Shown: positions 11,349-23,663 of the stretch, piece after piece
Numbering within the stretch: position 1 is the first letter of the stretch
Layout: each line of letters opens with the position of its first letter
Source: Rhodosorus marinus CCMP1338
Taxonomy: Eukaryota > Plantae > Rhodophyta
Reading direction: 5' to 3'
Assembly (NCBI GenBank): GCA_029953675.1
Contig: JAMWBK010000003.1
Span: forward strand, 806,001 to 870,000
DNA length: 64,000 bases
Notes under the pieces: model-generated
Databases searched by the model: none
What the model was told of the DNA's origin: nothing
The model's input: the letters and a program-made list of their open reading frames with translations, nothing else
Position numbers and translations under genes: made by a program

Positions 11349-12122
11349 TTACGTCTGCTTTTTAAGTTTAAAATCTTCCGGCGTGGCCCTAGCTTGCTTG
11401 CGATCGGCGTCGTTCACATCCAGAAAGTATCCATTGAACGTATCGTCTCCGTCTTTGATCGAGTAATTCGACCCGGAGAGTTTATTAAACCCAGCCTTAG
11501 TCCAGACTTTCTCCGCGGTCGGATTGCTTTCGCGGATAACGCCAAGAAGATATGATATATTTCGACATCTAGCTTCTGCACAGGCGATGTCGATTGCAAT
11601 AAGCGGTGAAAACTTTGGGAGTATGTTTTTCTTTGTAATTGGATCAACATCATTTACGATGTAGGATACATACAAACAATCTTGATAAACCTTGTTAAAT
11701 GCCTCGATGATTGCCGCATGTGGCCTCAGCCCTTTGACAGAATTATCAAAGGGCGCACCTGATACCTGTGACCTCTGAAGCACAGAGAGCAACGCACCCG
11801 CAGTAAACTTCTGTACCGTCCGACTGCCTTTCTTTTCGATTTCAACCTTGCCAAAAATCACACTGTTTTTCCTCGACACATAGCTCTTAGTCTCATCACT
11901 CCAAGTTATGATACGATCGACGCCAGTATCTCCTGTCTTTACTCCTTGCGTAGCACGACCTAACGCACCTCGACTTGCCTTGTTGATAAGATCAGCATGA
12001 GCCCTGGACAGGCTGCTAGTGACGACAACCATCCTACAGCTTGCCCTTGTGATGTCCATTTCAGTCTCAGAACCGAAACAGAGGATGTTTGTGACCGGAT
12101 CAGTACGCGAAGAACCGGCCAT
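11349..12122 (-). CDS. Intronless orphan ORF, 257 aa, C-terminal GNAT acetyltransferase-like motif
   Basis: ATG-initiated open frame; CLYVSYIV...ACAEARCRNISYLLGVIRESNPTAEKVWTKAGF matches the GNAT motif-B pattern; TATATAA about 98 nt upstream. Confidence 0.5.
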   Translation of the reverse strand: MAGSSRTDPVTNILCFGSETEMDITRASCRMVVVTSSLSRAHADLINKASRGALGRATQGVKTGDTGVDRIITWSDETKSYVSRKNSVIFGKVEIEKKGSRTVQKFTAGALLSVLQRSQVSGAPFDNSVKGLRPHAAIIEAFNKVYQDCLYVSYIVNDVDPITKKNILPKFSPLIAIDIACAEARCRNISYLLGVIRESNPTAEKVWTKAGFNKLSGSNYSIKDGDDTFNGYFLDVNDADRKQARATPEDFKLKKQT

Positions 12123-12219
12123 TTTGGTTGTTTGAGATTTGTGAAAGCGTGGTTTGTTTGGTTCGGCTGTTGTTGTCTTGATCGTTATTGAAGGCTTACT
12201 TTCAGCGAAAGCGCCGGTC

Positions 12220-12226
12220 TTATATA
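12220..12226 (-). promoter_or_regulatory. Candidate TATA box for ORF 11349-12122
   Basis: TATATAA on the minus strand about 98 nt upstream of the ATG. Confidence 0.35.
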
Positions 12227-12970
12227 CTGTTGCAAGCTATGCCGGAAACGCGCTTCTGGGCTCGCGCAAGTAAACGCTACGACCATAATATTGCGCAACC
12301 TGGCACAGGCGTTAACGTGTTCCTATGCCTATGTGTCAATCGGTAAAGGCGAAGTATCCTCACACGTTTGGCGTTTCTGGGCCGATATGACTAAAAATAT
12401 CAGGTTGAAAAAACCTTGTGTCTCAACAGGCTCGCTTACCCAATGAGACATCGTGTTTCATGGTAAACTGCGTTTGCGGTGGCATGACCACCAATCAACA
12501 ATGAAAGAGTGTTTCACTTGCTGCGCGACGCTCCATCTGCTTTGTTTCGCCGTTTATCATTATCGTTCTAACTACAATCCCCAGAAAGTCAAACAGTCAA
12601 CTTGATCTAGTTTCCTGATCCTTCACAAATGCAATTGATTTACTTGCTTTGCGCGTTGAAAAAAATCCTTAGAAAAATCCAAAAAAAGTAAAAAACCCCA
12701 AAAAGACGGGGACCCTATGACGGCACGTCGCCCAAAACTTCTTTGCCTTGTTCTTGTGCGGATTTACTAACGCACTTATTTTTAAACGCACTTATTTTTG
12801 ATTTCAGACTTTTACGCGTGAATAAACACGTGTTTTCCGGTGAGAAATTGGTGCACGGGTGAAGCCGAGCCGCTGTTGGAGGGCGTTACAAAGAGTGTTA
12901 CCGCGCCGGGGTGTCAAATGTATTGGAGTTAGGGGGCTTTGCCGCCGTCCCTAACTTTGACTACTTTGAC

Positions 12971-13000
12971 CGCGCCGCGCCGCGCCGCGCCGCGCCGCGC
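12971..13000. repeat. (CGCGC)6 microsatellite
   Basis: Six perfect pentamers between a hairpin (module B, 12918-12968) and module C. Confidence 0.95.
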
Positions 13001-13029
13001 TTGGCTGTTGCCATGGTGGCGGTGTCAAG

Positions 13030-13234
13030 AAACCGCGCCTGCGGTTTGGAAATCGCCTTCCATTGCATCGGCAGCTTGTCACCCCGAGCGAACATATACT
13101 TGTTCGTCCGTAAAGGAATTAATTCAACCATGAATGCATTTGTAAATTCGTAAATAGAAGCGAGGCAAGGAAATTTCGACAACCAACCCCAACTAACCAG
13201 GATGGTGTTTTTTTATCACAGCTTCATTTGTGCT
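13030..13234. repeat. 205-bp direct repeat (module C), copy 2
   Basis: Begins 2-3 nt after the stop codon of the 13237-14316 frame on the minus strand. Confidence 0.95.
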
Positions 13235-13236
13235 GG

Positions 13237-14316
13237 CTAACAACAGAGCACATCAAACTTCAAGGAATAGTCACTTCTTGGCAGTTGTCCGTCAAGACCA
13301 TGAAATAAGTTGTTTCCAAACGCTTCAAGAAAGGCTCTCTGGCCCCCTCTGGGTAAGTCCTCTTGTTCGGCCACCTGGATTGCGCTTTGTATGATCTCAC
13401 GCAAAAACTGGGATAAAGCGCCCCCAAGGCTGGCACCCAAAAGAGTGTGCAAAAAGGCTGTCCCATCCCGACCCTGCATTGTCAGCGTTGCTAACACTTG
13501 CGACAGTCCAAAGCCGCAAAAAAAATGCAACAATGTCTTGAACGCGACATCTTTGAACAGATTTTTGGTCTTTGACCACTGTGATGTGTCTTCTGAAATT
13601 GGGAAGGTGTAACGCCTTTTTCCAAGGTAAGCACGGAGAATTGCGTTGATATACTGCGACGTTAGAAACCGCGTGAGACCGAAGAAGAAACTCCCGGTAA
13701 TTCGTCCAACAATAGTCGCGATCTGATTGCGAATTGTATTGTCCTGCAACATGCTGCGAGTTGCATTACTGTCACGCGCAAACAAGGCTGCTCCAAGCAT
13801 ATCGAACATGTTAAACACAAGGCCAAACGAAATGCCGGCTGAGATCAGTGAACCCAATATATTCGAGATTGTTCCCAGCGCCTTGTTCACCTCTTTCTCG
13901 GTTGGTTTGGGTTCTTGGAGAATATTCATTGCTTTCAATAATTCTGAAGGCTGTTTGCGCGTCCTATAAAGTTCATAAGAAGTTCTGCTGCCATCTGCAC
14001 TTGGTTGAAGAACCAACTTGCGTTTGGTTGAATTCTCGTTGCTTCTTGCGGTTTCCGCACTGATTTTCAGACTGTCTTCACCGTGTTTCCATTCAACGAT
14101 GATTTTATTACCTTCGACATTGTATTTGATCTGACCATTGCCGGTGTGTACTCCCCCCTTTTTTACTTGCGTCTCAAGACGTTCGATCTGTTGATCAAAT
14201 TGCTCCGACGACAGGGCAGCGAGGGCTTCGCGGTCTGCTTGGCTTGAACTTCCAACGTGACTTCTAGTATCCGGTTTGCAACAACCGCCAAAAGGCCATA
14301 ATGACGCGTCACGTCT
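13237..14316 (-). CDS. Intronless orphan open frame (360 codons) with hydrophobic Gly-rich segments; start unclear
   Basis: The frame stays open upstream of the tracked 14016 start to a TGA at 14317-14319; hydrophobic stretches such as LGSLISAGISFGLVF and LLHFFCGFGLSQVLATL. Confidence 0.45.
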   Translation of the reverse strand, partial: RRDASLWPFGGCCKPDTRSHVGSSSQADREALAALSSEQFDQQIERLETQVKKGGVHTGNGQIKYNVEGNKIIVEWKHGEDSLKISAETARSNENSTKRKLVLQPSADGSRTSYELYRTRKQPSELLKAMNILQEPKPTEKEVNKALGTISNILGSLISAGISFGLVFNMFDMLGAALFARDSNATRSMLQDNTIRNQIATIVGRITGSFFFGLTRFLTSQYINAILRAYLGKRRYTFPISEDTSQWSKTKNLFKDVAFKTLLHFFCGFGLSQVLATLTMQGRDGTAFLHTLLGASLGGALSQFLREIIQSAIQVAEQEDLPRGGQRAFLEAFGNNLFHGLDGQLPRSDYSLKFDVLCC

Positions 14317-14332
14317 TCAACATTTTCATGAG

Positions 14333-15718
14333 AGTGGACTGCAATACCTCAAAGACCTCCGTTCATTAGGGACGTTGGCAGTACATTAGCTTTTTCAATT
14401 CCCGAAGTCATGCTGGATGCCGATACGATGCCTTGACTTTTGTTTTGTGAAAAAATATCCGTAAGGTGTTTAATAGTCAGAATTAGAATTCTATTGTCAA
14501 TAGCGATCTCCGAACAAGCGTGAACACTTAAGAAAGCGTGTATAGTACTGAGAAACTCTCGATCAAGATGTACACAGAGCTCGCTCACACTAGTTATACC
14601 ATAATAATTCGTCCAATTCAGCCCAGCAATTGGACTCTCTCGGACGGCCCGCGTGGACCAAGGGAGGGCGGGGGAACTAACACCGATATATTGAAGGCAC
14701 ACTAACCTACACGGTTAACAAACTAATAGTCGGGTCCACTGTGCATGGGTGCCCATAAATTAATATTACTCTACTCAACTGCGGTGGCTAGCGCGGGGTT
14801 CAGCACTCCATCAGCGAAAAAATCCGTCTCGACCTCGACCTCGGAAAAATCCCGAAATTCTAGATCCTCTTCCGAGGAAGCAAGCGAGGACGCGCATACG
14901 AGGTTGGTCCTGTATACGAGTTCCAAGTTTCAGGTCAGCAAATAGTTCTTCACCCAAACAGGATAAGCGAACAAGTACTTCTTACCCGTCAAGAGAATTG
15001 GTGTTTTCCGGTGTATTTTCTGTATCCAGACTCGCTCCGAAAACGGTTCCAGCCCCCATCTCGGCCAGTAGGTTCAGTACACTCGGCGTCTTGCCGATTG
15101 ACTTGAGCGGCTCAACGATCTCGGGTGTGTCCACCATATCACTAAACCTTGAGTTGTCCTCCACAACCGACAGCTCAAGGCTAGGCACGGAAGATGGCTT
15201 GCTGCTAAGCACCGGACTGGCCCCAATATCAGTTATCGCGGGACTGGCGATATCGGTTATCGTGGGACTTCCGAGCTTCGTGGACTCACGCTCAAGGCGT
15301 TTCAGATACTTCTGATGGTGGGTCCTGACTTGTTTCGCGCTGCGAGTGCCGACGTCTTTCGCAATAGGGCCATAATTCTTCTCCCCATGCTTTGCGCTCG
15401 AAATGAGATACCGTCGATGCTCCTCAGCAGTCCAATATCTAGGCTGCTTCTTCTCGGCTCTGCTAGATACCAACAGCAAGAATAGAAAAGGATGAGGATC
15501 CGTTCACAACTGTAATGCCCACGCATTTGCAAGGCCCATGCAAGTTTGAGATTCGACATCCAACCTACCCCTTGCTTATCGTTTCCTTCACTGGCTGCTT
15601 GCCCTGCATTCTGCCTTTCGCATTCTCCGCGCGGAGCTTCGCAATCTTCTTCTTAGCTTTCTTAATTTCCTCTTCCAGGAGCGAGATTCGATTCTGCTGT
15701 TCCACCACGATGGTGTCC
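14333..15718. repeat. 1,386-bp segmental duplication, copy 2
   Basis: See copy 1; this copy continues into the native MYB 5' region. Confidence 0.95.
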
Positions 15719-15747
15719 AACATATCTTCATTAACCGCAACGTCCAT
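14982..15747 (-). CDS. Coiled-coil + SHAQKYF-class MYB protein, copy 2 (probably the parental copy), one intron
   Basis: MDVAVNEDML..EQQNRISLLEEEIKKAKKK..ISKG|RAEKKQPRYWTAEEHRR..QVRTHHQKY; GT-AG intron about 15570-15463; the start could lie further upstream. Confidence 0.75.
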
Positions 15748-18700
15748 TCCTAACTCCCCTAGAACTTGAAGAACAACAGCTCTTCTCACCCCTCTCAACT
15801 CGCAGGCAATCGAATCCCCCCTCACACCAAGAGCTCTGAACTCATCAGCAACTGGTTAAAACCCCACCAACTCAATCTGTTGCCGAAGCAGTACACTACG
15901 ACTCCGAGCACCCACCGACAGGACATGAAATACCCCTTCACCTCTTACAACGTCTGCACCTTCACTCTCGCAGAATGTGCTTTCTTACAAAGGCCCTGCA
16001 TAGATTTCTCTAAAAACGAGGTTAGAGGTAATTCTTCTCCAACCTCCCCCCCGCCCCTAAAACGTCCATATCTCAGCTAAGCGTTTCATTTGTCCCATAT
16101 TTCTTCGACTTTTCGTCCTTTCCGCTTCCCCTCTCGTGGCAGGATCAGATTTCTGCTGATTCGTTGTTTCCGCAAATAATACCACCACATCTTAACGGGT
16201 ACGTCAAGAATGCACCTTCTTGACAAACAACAGAATCAACCATATATAGAATTAATGAAATATTTGGAGTCATTTTTGGACCCCGAGGGTTCGTTCTACA
16301 CCCCCACTACGTTCTGTGCCTCAAGATCTACGCTGGGTAGAGAGCTGTTTTTATACAATTTTCTTTTCCCAACGCTTGCACGTACTTCATTGGATAAATA
16401 CTGATTTATCGATCCAATCAAGTTCTGTCTCCAAGAAGCGAGTAAACAGATGTAGGATGTCCCGTATACCCTCCTGGTCCTAAATCAATTTAGGAGAAAA
16501 AGTTTCCCTTTTCCACTAGAATAGACGTTTTTAGTAATTGGGAATAGTAGTTAGGGGGAGGAGTGAGGGGGCCTATTCTCCGTGTGATTTTCTTAGTGAG
16601 CTAAAATACGATTTTCATTAAATTTGAACAGTCAGTGATATTTCTCGAAATATTTTCTCAAACGTTGTCGGAAAGGCTCAGGAGGATTTTGTCTATTTTT
16701 CTTTCCAATTATAGCTTCCCAGGTCTACTGGACAGAAGGAGTTGATAGTTTTTTTTTCTAGATAGTACCTGCGAAACCAATGAAAACGTTGCACCGACTG
16801 TCGCAACGAATGCACCGAGATATTTATACCCCTGGTGAGATTTCTAAAACGAGTTTTAATGAAGAAAAATATAGGTTGTGGAAAACGATCATACGCATGT
16901 AGGACAGAAAATCCAAATTCCCGGTCGTCAGTCAATAGCACCTGACAGCCGTCTTTTAGGCAGCCAGGAGATTTTATCTCCAACCCTCAAAACTAGCCCA
17001 CGTGTTTCTTCAAAAAAAAGTTCAAACAAATAGTAAATGGACTGTCACGAGTTTCGTATATTTTTCCGTCAGTTTTGCGGCTTGCGTTTACGCTTGGGCT
17101 TTCGATTGTAATTCGTTGGCCGAGATAGATGGACACATTATCCAATCAAAAGACATCTCTTTTTGTCCTGTGGCCGACATTTCAGAGACCGAACTATTGT
17201 TTTGTACTAATTTACGAGGAGCAGCTGCTTTCTTTGGGTGAGATACAGGTGTTTTTGTTCGTTTATGTTGGTCTGCCGGGGTTCCAATTGAATGAAAAAT
17301 TCAATGAAAACCCCTCCCTGCACTCGAAATTCGAAGAGGAACAATCAAACCCGAATTTCCCAGGGGTGATCCCATCTCGTTTTTGGACCAATGTACTTTG
17401 TTTGTGGACGACAGATTGCATTCTCTCGTTGAAAAAATCGTTAGTTTATGGACGATAACATCTTAGGTATCTTAGACGCCATTTATTGGCTAGTTTCACG
17501 AGGACTTGGACAGTGGTTTATTCCTCGCAATACATGTTTACCTAAAATATAAGATACGAAGGTACGAACGAAGGGAATGTCTCCCTGGCACAATATCTCA
17601 CTCCATATAGGGGGTTGGTCCGGATGAAAAATGCTGCGGAATGATTCAGAGGAAGCGAAATAGTCTCCAGCGATCAAGTTTCCCACATTTCCCCCGCCTT
17701 CCATTCGGTGGGTGTTCTCAAAGGGAAGGATATTTTTTTTCTCGGGGCCTGGAATTTACCAGCCCGCTCAGCTCTCAACGTGTTACTAGTTGCGGGCTCT
17801 CTATCACTTTTTACGATGAGGGGGTTGGTGCTCTCACCAACTGTTTTTAGCTAGAAATTTTCTTTTGGACTCTGAAATAGAGGTTTTATGACTTGAATTG
17901 GGGTAAAGATAAGCCTGTTGTCTCCGAGGATCAAAGTCTCTTCAATCGCCTTGAAAAAAAAAACAGGCTTGTCGCGGTGGCTACGCGTTGACCGACCCCC
18001 CCCCCCCGAAACAATCGAACTCGATCGAGGTGATCGTTCTCTATTTCTTCGTAAATTAAAGAATCTCGGATTCCCCTTTCGGGTAGTACCGAGCCAATAG
18101 AGACTTGGTACGATTAGACTTACCCTGCTCTCTCTCTGTAGCCAGGTACTGAAGGGCAATTCAGCCAGAAGTTGCTTTTTTGTCCATCCGCTATCTTCCG
18201 TTTCGCGGTGTGTAGGTGATGCTCGTGGCTGGTCCCTTACGCGTGCTTGTGTAGTCAAATACTCTGCCGGCTGCGGCGCACTATAGTCCGAGAAAGATGC
18301 TATTCGCTCTCCTACTCAGAGTAGACCCAATAACCAATGGCCGAGGTGGTATCACACGATCCTGTCTAGGACACGCCTCCTAATCATTGGTTTCCACCCT
18401 CGATTTCACAGCCTCAATACGCAAGAAAACGACGCTCTTATCACATGCGGGATATGTCTCTACCCCCCCTTGCTATCTGCCAAAATCTCCATGATGGATT
18501 TAATGATATTTTAGATTGCATAATCGTCCGGATCCGTGCTTCGCTCCACCCCGCTGCCAGTTTTCTACTCCTTAAAAACCTACCCCCCTCTGCGGGCATA
18601 ACAGGCTAACCGCTATTTTATATATTCTTTGAAAATTGGATACTCTATTTTTTTACGAAGCGTTAGATTGGGACAAGTGTCGCACAAAGCTGTGTAAAAA

Positions 18701-21042
18701 TATAAGAAATAAACGTTCAGCTTTTCCCAACGAATACGCGTTTTTCTTCCCCACGGACGGGTTTTCTATACGGCAATACAATTTCAACCTTTAGAGAATG
18801 AGATCTTACGCATCCCGGAAAGCCCGTTTTATTGTAGATTTTTTGTATTTATTTTCATAATACTTTTCAGAGTTGTTTTTTTGGAAAGTTGAGAGGAGTA
18901 TCCCGTCAGGAAAAAGGGGAGCGTTCAAAATCAGTAGGGTTCTTGTTGTTTTTTTTTGGTTAATGACCTATTTTTTTCTCCGTTTTTATGGGAAAGAGTG
19001 AAAGTTCATTTTGTTTTTGGCAAAAGCCTTTCGTGGAGGAGGTTTGGGCTTGGTTTTTTGGGGGTTTCCTTGTGACCTGAAGGGGGTATGTGTAACAGGT
19101 GTGGCAAATGCACGCAAGGAGGTGTATGTGGACAAAGCAGCTACGGCCACGCATAGAGTCTCCCTTTCCTCTCCTCAGCGTAGGAACAGGCTCTGGGCTG
19201 TTGGAGTGCTTAGTATGCTGAAGGATTTTCTTTTCTCCGTAGAATTTATGCTGGGCTCGGTCGCAGCAGGCCTCGGCGGGGGTTACACTCGTAAAACCCC
19301 CCAGCCGGTGTGGGGACTAGCTGTCAAACAACAACACCACGCAAGCAGCTTGTTACGGAGGACAAAAGTGAGCAGAGGAAATAGATATCGTTGCTGTTCA
19401 GAGAACAAGCCGCTTGATACTAGAACTTTTCCATGTTCCAGTAAGCTGCTTGGCGGCCGTCACTGACAAACCAACCGCTCATATACCCCCCCGCCAAGCA
19501 ACAAGCCCGCGGAACGCTTTTGAATCACTCAGGCCGAAGGAGGAATCGTATGATTTCCAGAAATGAGTTCAGCCGCACTTTAGGCAGGAACGAGACAATC
19601 TAAAGTTGATCGAATCTACCCCAGCTCTGCGAAATATTTGCTCCAGCACTGTTATTCCAATTTTGGTCTTTTCGAGGCCCATACATTTCGCCACTTTTCG
19701 CTTGGGTCGTGACCTCAGGGCGGATCGTATTGGCGGCTAACCTTCCGAACAGACTCCCTATGCAATCAGTCTTCACCGCGAATACTCCGCATCTTCTTCG
19801 ATCCCCTTTAATAGAAGTTTTAATGTTTGATAGTACTCCTCTTGTTCTCCTTCGCGGAGGACCTAATTGATAGAACGGGAGCGAGCAGATTGGAACAAAT
19901 CTTCCATAACGCAGACAATATTAAGGCGACCACGACCATGTTGAGAGTGTGCAAGTCAGAAGCTAGACTTTTCTAGTAGAGTCATGTCCAGTCGCCAATG
20001 AGAAAACTGTTCGTTGAAGAAAGCAGTTTCTCCCATTGAACACCGTAGGGAGCATCCGCACAGTGCCCAATTCAGACGGGACTGACAAGGCAGTTAGTTG
20101 TTGATTGCGAGCTAGACAAGTGCGATTATTAGAGACTATCTACTCCGATGGCAGAAAACTGCAGAAGGCGCAAGTTACGCCCTTCAAACAACGTTCATTC
20201 GCGACAACACCTCCATAGTCTTCGTAATAGTACTAGCTCCATTCCGTGCCAACCACGCTACTCTACCGAAAGTTATCTGATTCGGATTTCCTTTCTTCGA
20301 CTATTCTCTCCGGATAGTCGTACTTTGCTGAAAGTACCCAGTCTTACTTCCTGGACGCTGTGGAGGAGTTCCTGGAGAAGCTGTAAACGTCCTGAGTATC
20401 GCAATGCGTTTCTAGAATGTCAACTCCGCACATCGACAGGGTTGCCGCCAACAGTCCATTTAATAGCCAAGTGAAACGACACTATGATGTTGAAGACACA
20501 ATGCGGTTGAGTAGGTCTGATCAATTTTGAGATGTTTTCGTTTACAGAATATCAATCGATAACTTTTTGACATTTGCGCCTCGGGTCTTTGAATGAGCGC
20601 TCTTCGCGAAAACGAGCGGATTTCATCAGACAGCTGAGCACGTCGGAATCCTCTAGTTTTTCACCTTGCGCCTAGATACCAATGTTTCGGATAGGGTTCC
20701 ACCGCAGTACCCAACTGCCAAGCTGAACCCTCCCGCAATTGCACGGGTAGGGACAAGTTTGTCATTCCGCATACATGCCCAGTGCGAGTGCGAACCGCTA
20801 GTAGGGTTTCTTTTCAAGCAGGCCAACCCAAACCAAAGGTGCCCTCATCCATTAACTTGCTAGGTTCTGCACAGAAAATGAGCAGATACAGGGCACTCGA
20901 ACTCGATATAAGATCTAATGATACGCTGCCTGCTCCTGGTGGTTTGATCGGCTCCGGATCAGCGCATTCGCTTAGTCAAAAACTTTCCGGGTTTTCCAAG
21001 ACTCTTGAAGCGCTGAGCTTGCGAGTCAACGTTGAAATCTCA

Positions 21043-22745
21043 TCACTTTTGCTTTTTCTTGGGTGGTCCTCCGTCACTGTCTTCTTCTTCCTCCTCTCCT
21101 CCAGAATCATCGTCATCCTCTTCGACAACCTCCAAGTCGTCGCCAACCGAGTCAGCCCCGTCCTTGGACTCATCGTCGGAAGCCGCCTTCTTCTTTGCCA
21201 TCGGATCGAAATCTTCGTCCTCGGACTCGTCTTCTTCTTCCATGGGGATAACTTCCCTCCCTGGCTTCTCCTCGGGGCGCTCGTGAGGAACATTCTTATC
21301 GTTCAGAAACTTAAGAATGTGCTTGAACTCTGGTCGGTCAATATTCGAGAACAATAGTTTCTGCCCCTGTACGGTCTGCACCAACAGATCGAAACGACGT
21401 TCCAAGTCCATTCTCTTGAACTTCACAATCTGAACGTCATCGAATCGGACATATGTCGGAGGTTTGTTGACGAAAAAGAAGCTGGATTCTAATAAGAACA
21501 GGTACCCTTCGTTCGGTCCGAGCGATGTGCGTACTGCATGCTGCTCTGCGTGAGAAACAAACGTCTTCGGAGTGTGTAAGGATCTTCCAGAGAGCTGCTT
21601 CATCACTTTCGAAAACACCCTCCAGGAATCGCCTTCCTCCTGCTTGTTCAGTTTTCCATTGTATTTCTTCTGTAGCTCCTCGTCGGAGAGGTTTATGGAT
21701 ACACTGGTACTCTGTTCCGTCTTGAACTGGAACACAATGTGCGGATAGTGAGTATTGCCCTGTCGAATTGGCGGATCGATGGACGCTACGAAAGCGATGT
21801 GCACTTCGTCCGGTTTCGGCAGCAGGAAGAGCCTCGATACGGAGGAATATAGGACCTTGAAGTCGTAGGACTTGCCGTGCATTTTGAAGTAGTTCTGGAA
21901 CAAGTCAACGTCATAGCGTCCACCTTGAAACGAAGAGTAAAGCAGAAGGAAGAGTTAGGAACTAATTGGCGACATGACATGTCATAGAATGTGCACTTCG
22001 TACGAGGTACAATAACCGGAACTTCCTTGAAGGTTGCCAGGGAGTCTCCAGCAAACGAGGAAGTGTCAGAACGTAGTCGGATCTTCTCATACGCTCGTGA
22101 TGCCTCTTCGCTGTCTTTGACTCGGAACCTCATCTCCACGAGGCACTCATCGTGCGGGTTGGCGGTGTCATCCACGTGAAACTCTAGAGCCAGCTCCTCT
22201 GATCCATTTAAGTTGACCTGAGCCACGTCGCCGAGGGTTAGATCGAGAACGTCCTTATCATCGCTCCTGAAATTCAGACTCCCGCCCTTAACGTCAACCT
22301 TCCCCCAATTCCAACCATTTGACGCTTGCTTAGCCCGAATCAAGCCAGCGCCGTCGGCTAGCAAGTTCGATTTCCTGATACTATCATCTACCCTGTCAAA
22401 ATCCTTTTCTCTGAAACCTTCGAAACGGACCGAAAGGCCCCCTTTAAGTACGCACTTCAACTGCTGAGCCCTGGATCCGTGAAACCATTCTATCCGAACC
22501 AGTTCGGTCTTCTCTACCGTCTCCTGCCTCGAACCTTCTCTAGCCTAGAGAACCAAGATATTAGAACCGCGTAGACAAAATGCACATCAGTCCAAATTCA
22601 ATGGAAGAAGAAGAACTGTCAAGTAGAGCAGACGCTCACTTACATTCCAAGACAGTTTTGCACGCTCGATCTTCAACGTCCCAGACCCAGAATACTGACC
22701 AGCAAGGAACACGTTCCCAAACTGACTCAAAACCTCGCCAGACAT
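21043..22745 (-). CDS. SSRP1: FACT complex subunit SSRP1/POB3, 2 introns, acidic tail, no HMG box seen
   Basis: GWNWG, ELALEFH, EMRF, VPR|GRYDVDLF, HGKSYDFKVLYSSVSRLFLLPK, DPPIRQGNTHYP, GYLFLLESSFFFVNKPP, FSNIDR. Confidence 0.95.
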
Positions 22746-23201
22746 GCCTTTTGCTACCACACCACCACCTCCTCCAAACTAACCCTCCGAATCAAGGAAA
22801 TCTAGAAGCAACACCCCCCCTTCGCACAAACCTCCCAGATCGCCTCCACACAAACCCCACAGGCCTCCCCTCCCCCCTCGAAGACTGCATACAGACCGAA
22901 TCTTACGACGCGTCAGTTCATAAGCATCTGCTTTACAAGAAAGCCATCCCAATCTTCATATAGAGACAGGGAGAAAAGAAATTTCCTATTCACGGCAAAC
23001 AGGAAATCCTCCCTCCCCCCCCAATGTGAAGAATGTGAAAAAAATCCTCTCACCCCATAAATCAATCAAAGTTTCAATTATTGATTGATCAGACGTATTG
23101 ATTGACTAAATGTATTGATTGTGAAGTCCAATTTCAAGGTTTTATCAACCACTCTTCTTAACTTAATGAGTCCTGGTTGTTGAAGAGGTCTCAGTAAACA
23201 A

Positions 23202-23663
23202 GTGTACCTACGACCCTCCGGTCGAGCCCGAGAATGGACTGGTCCGTTTGTCTGCGAGGGACGCATGGAAGAAGGGATAAGGGTATTCTTACAAGACTGT
23301 ACTTCAACCTTCAGTTTGTCGTCCATCAAGCGGTTCGAATCCCCTAAGGACGTCCCAATGTGGGCAAGCCGCCGCGTCAGTCACTACCGTTATGAAACAG
23401 CACAGATCCTGGGTTCGAAGAGGCGCAACGACAGGATGTTAGCAATCTGCTACAACGAGGAGTTTTTCAACAGATCACGAAAAGAGGGAAATTCCGGGGA
23501 ATCGGGCGATACTGCCCCTCCGATTTATCCTCTTACGTTGAAGAACGGGCTAACACCAATTCTATTGGATCCTACAACAGATCCAAGAAAGTCCGTGCAT
23601 AGGTTTCGAACACCAACGGACTTGGTATTAGCTCCTTCGGTGCCACCGAGTCGTTACTGGTAA
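23202..23663 (+). pseudogene. Possible Ty3/gypsy integrase C-terminal (GPY/F + chromodomain) remnant
   Basis: WTGPFV and RYETAQILGSKRR resemble the GPY/F motif and a chromodomain start; weak. Confidence 0.25.

Noticed and set aside
9433-15718. The 1,386-bp direct repeats as LTRs of a retro-element
   Set aside because: No TG..CA termini, PBS, PPT or target-site duplication seen; the repeat is an intron-containing MYB gene fragment.
16200-19500. Scattered 60-150 aa ORFs (for example 17851-18258 and 19011-19466)
   Set aside because: No recognisable motifs, mostly non-ATG starts, no coherent splice model.
19900-20450. Possible LINE endonuclease remnant on the minus strand (LQELLHSV..LGTFSKV, NLRLLQF)
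   Set aside because: Motifs are weak and spread over frames with many stops; not supportable without an HMM search.
20782-21357. Plus-strand 191-aa ORF and other overlapping ORFs
   Set aside because: Antisense to the SSRP1 acidic tail; no independent motifs.
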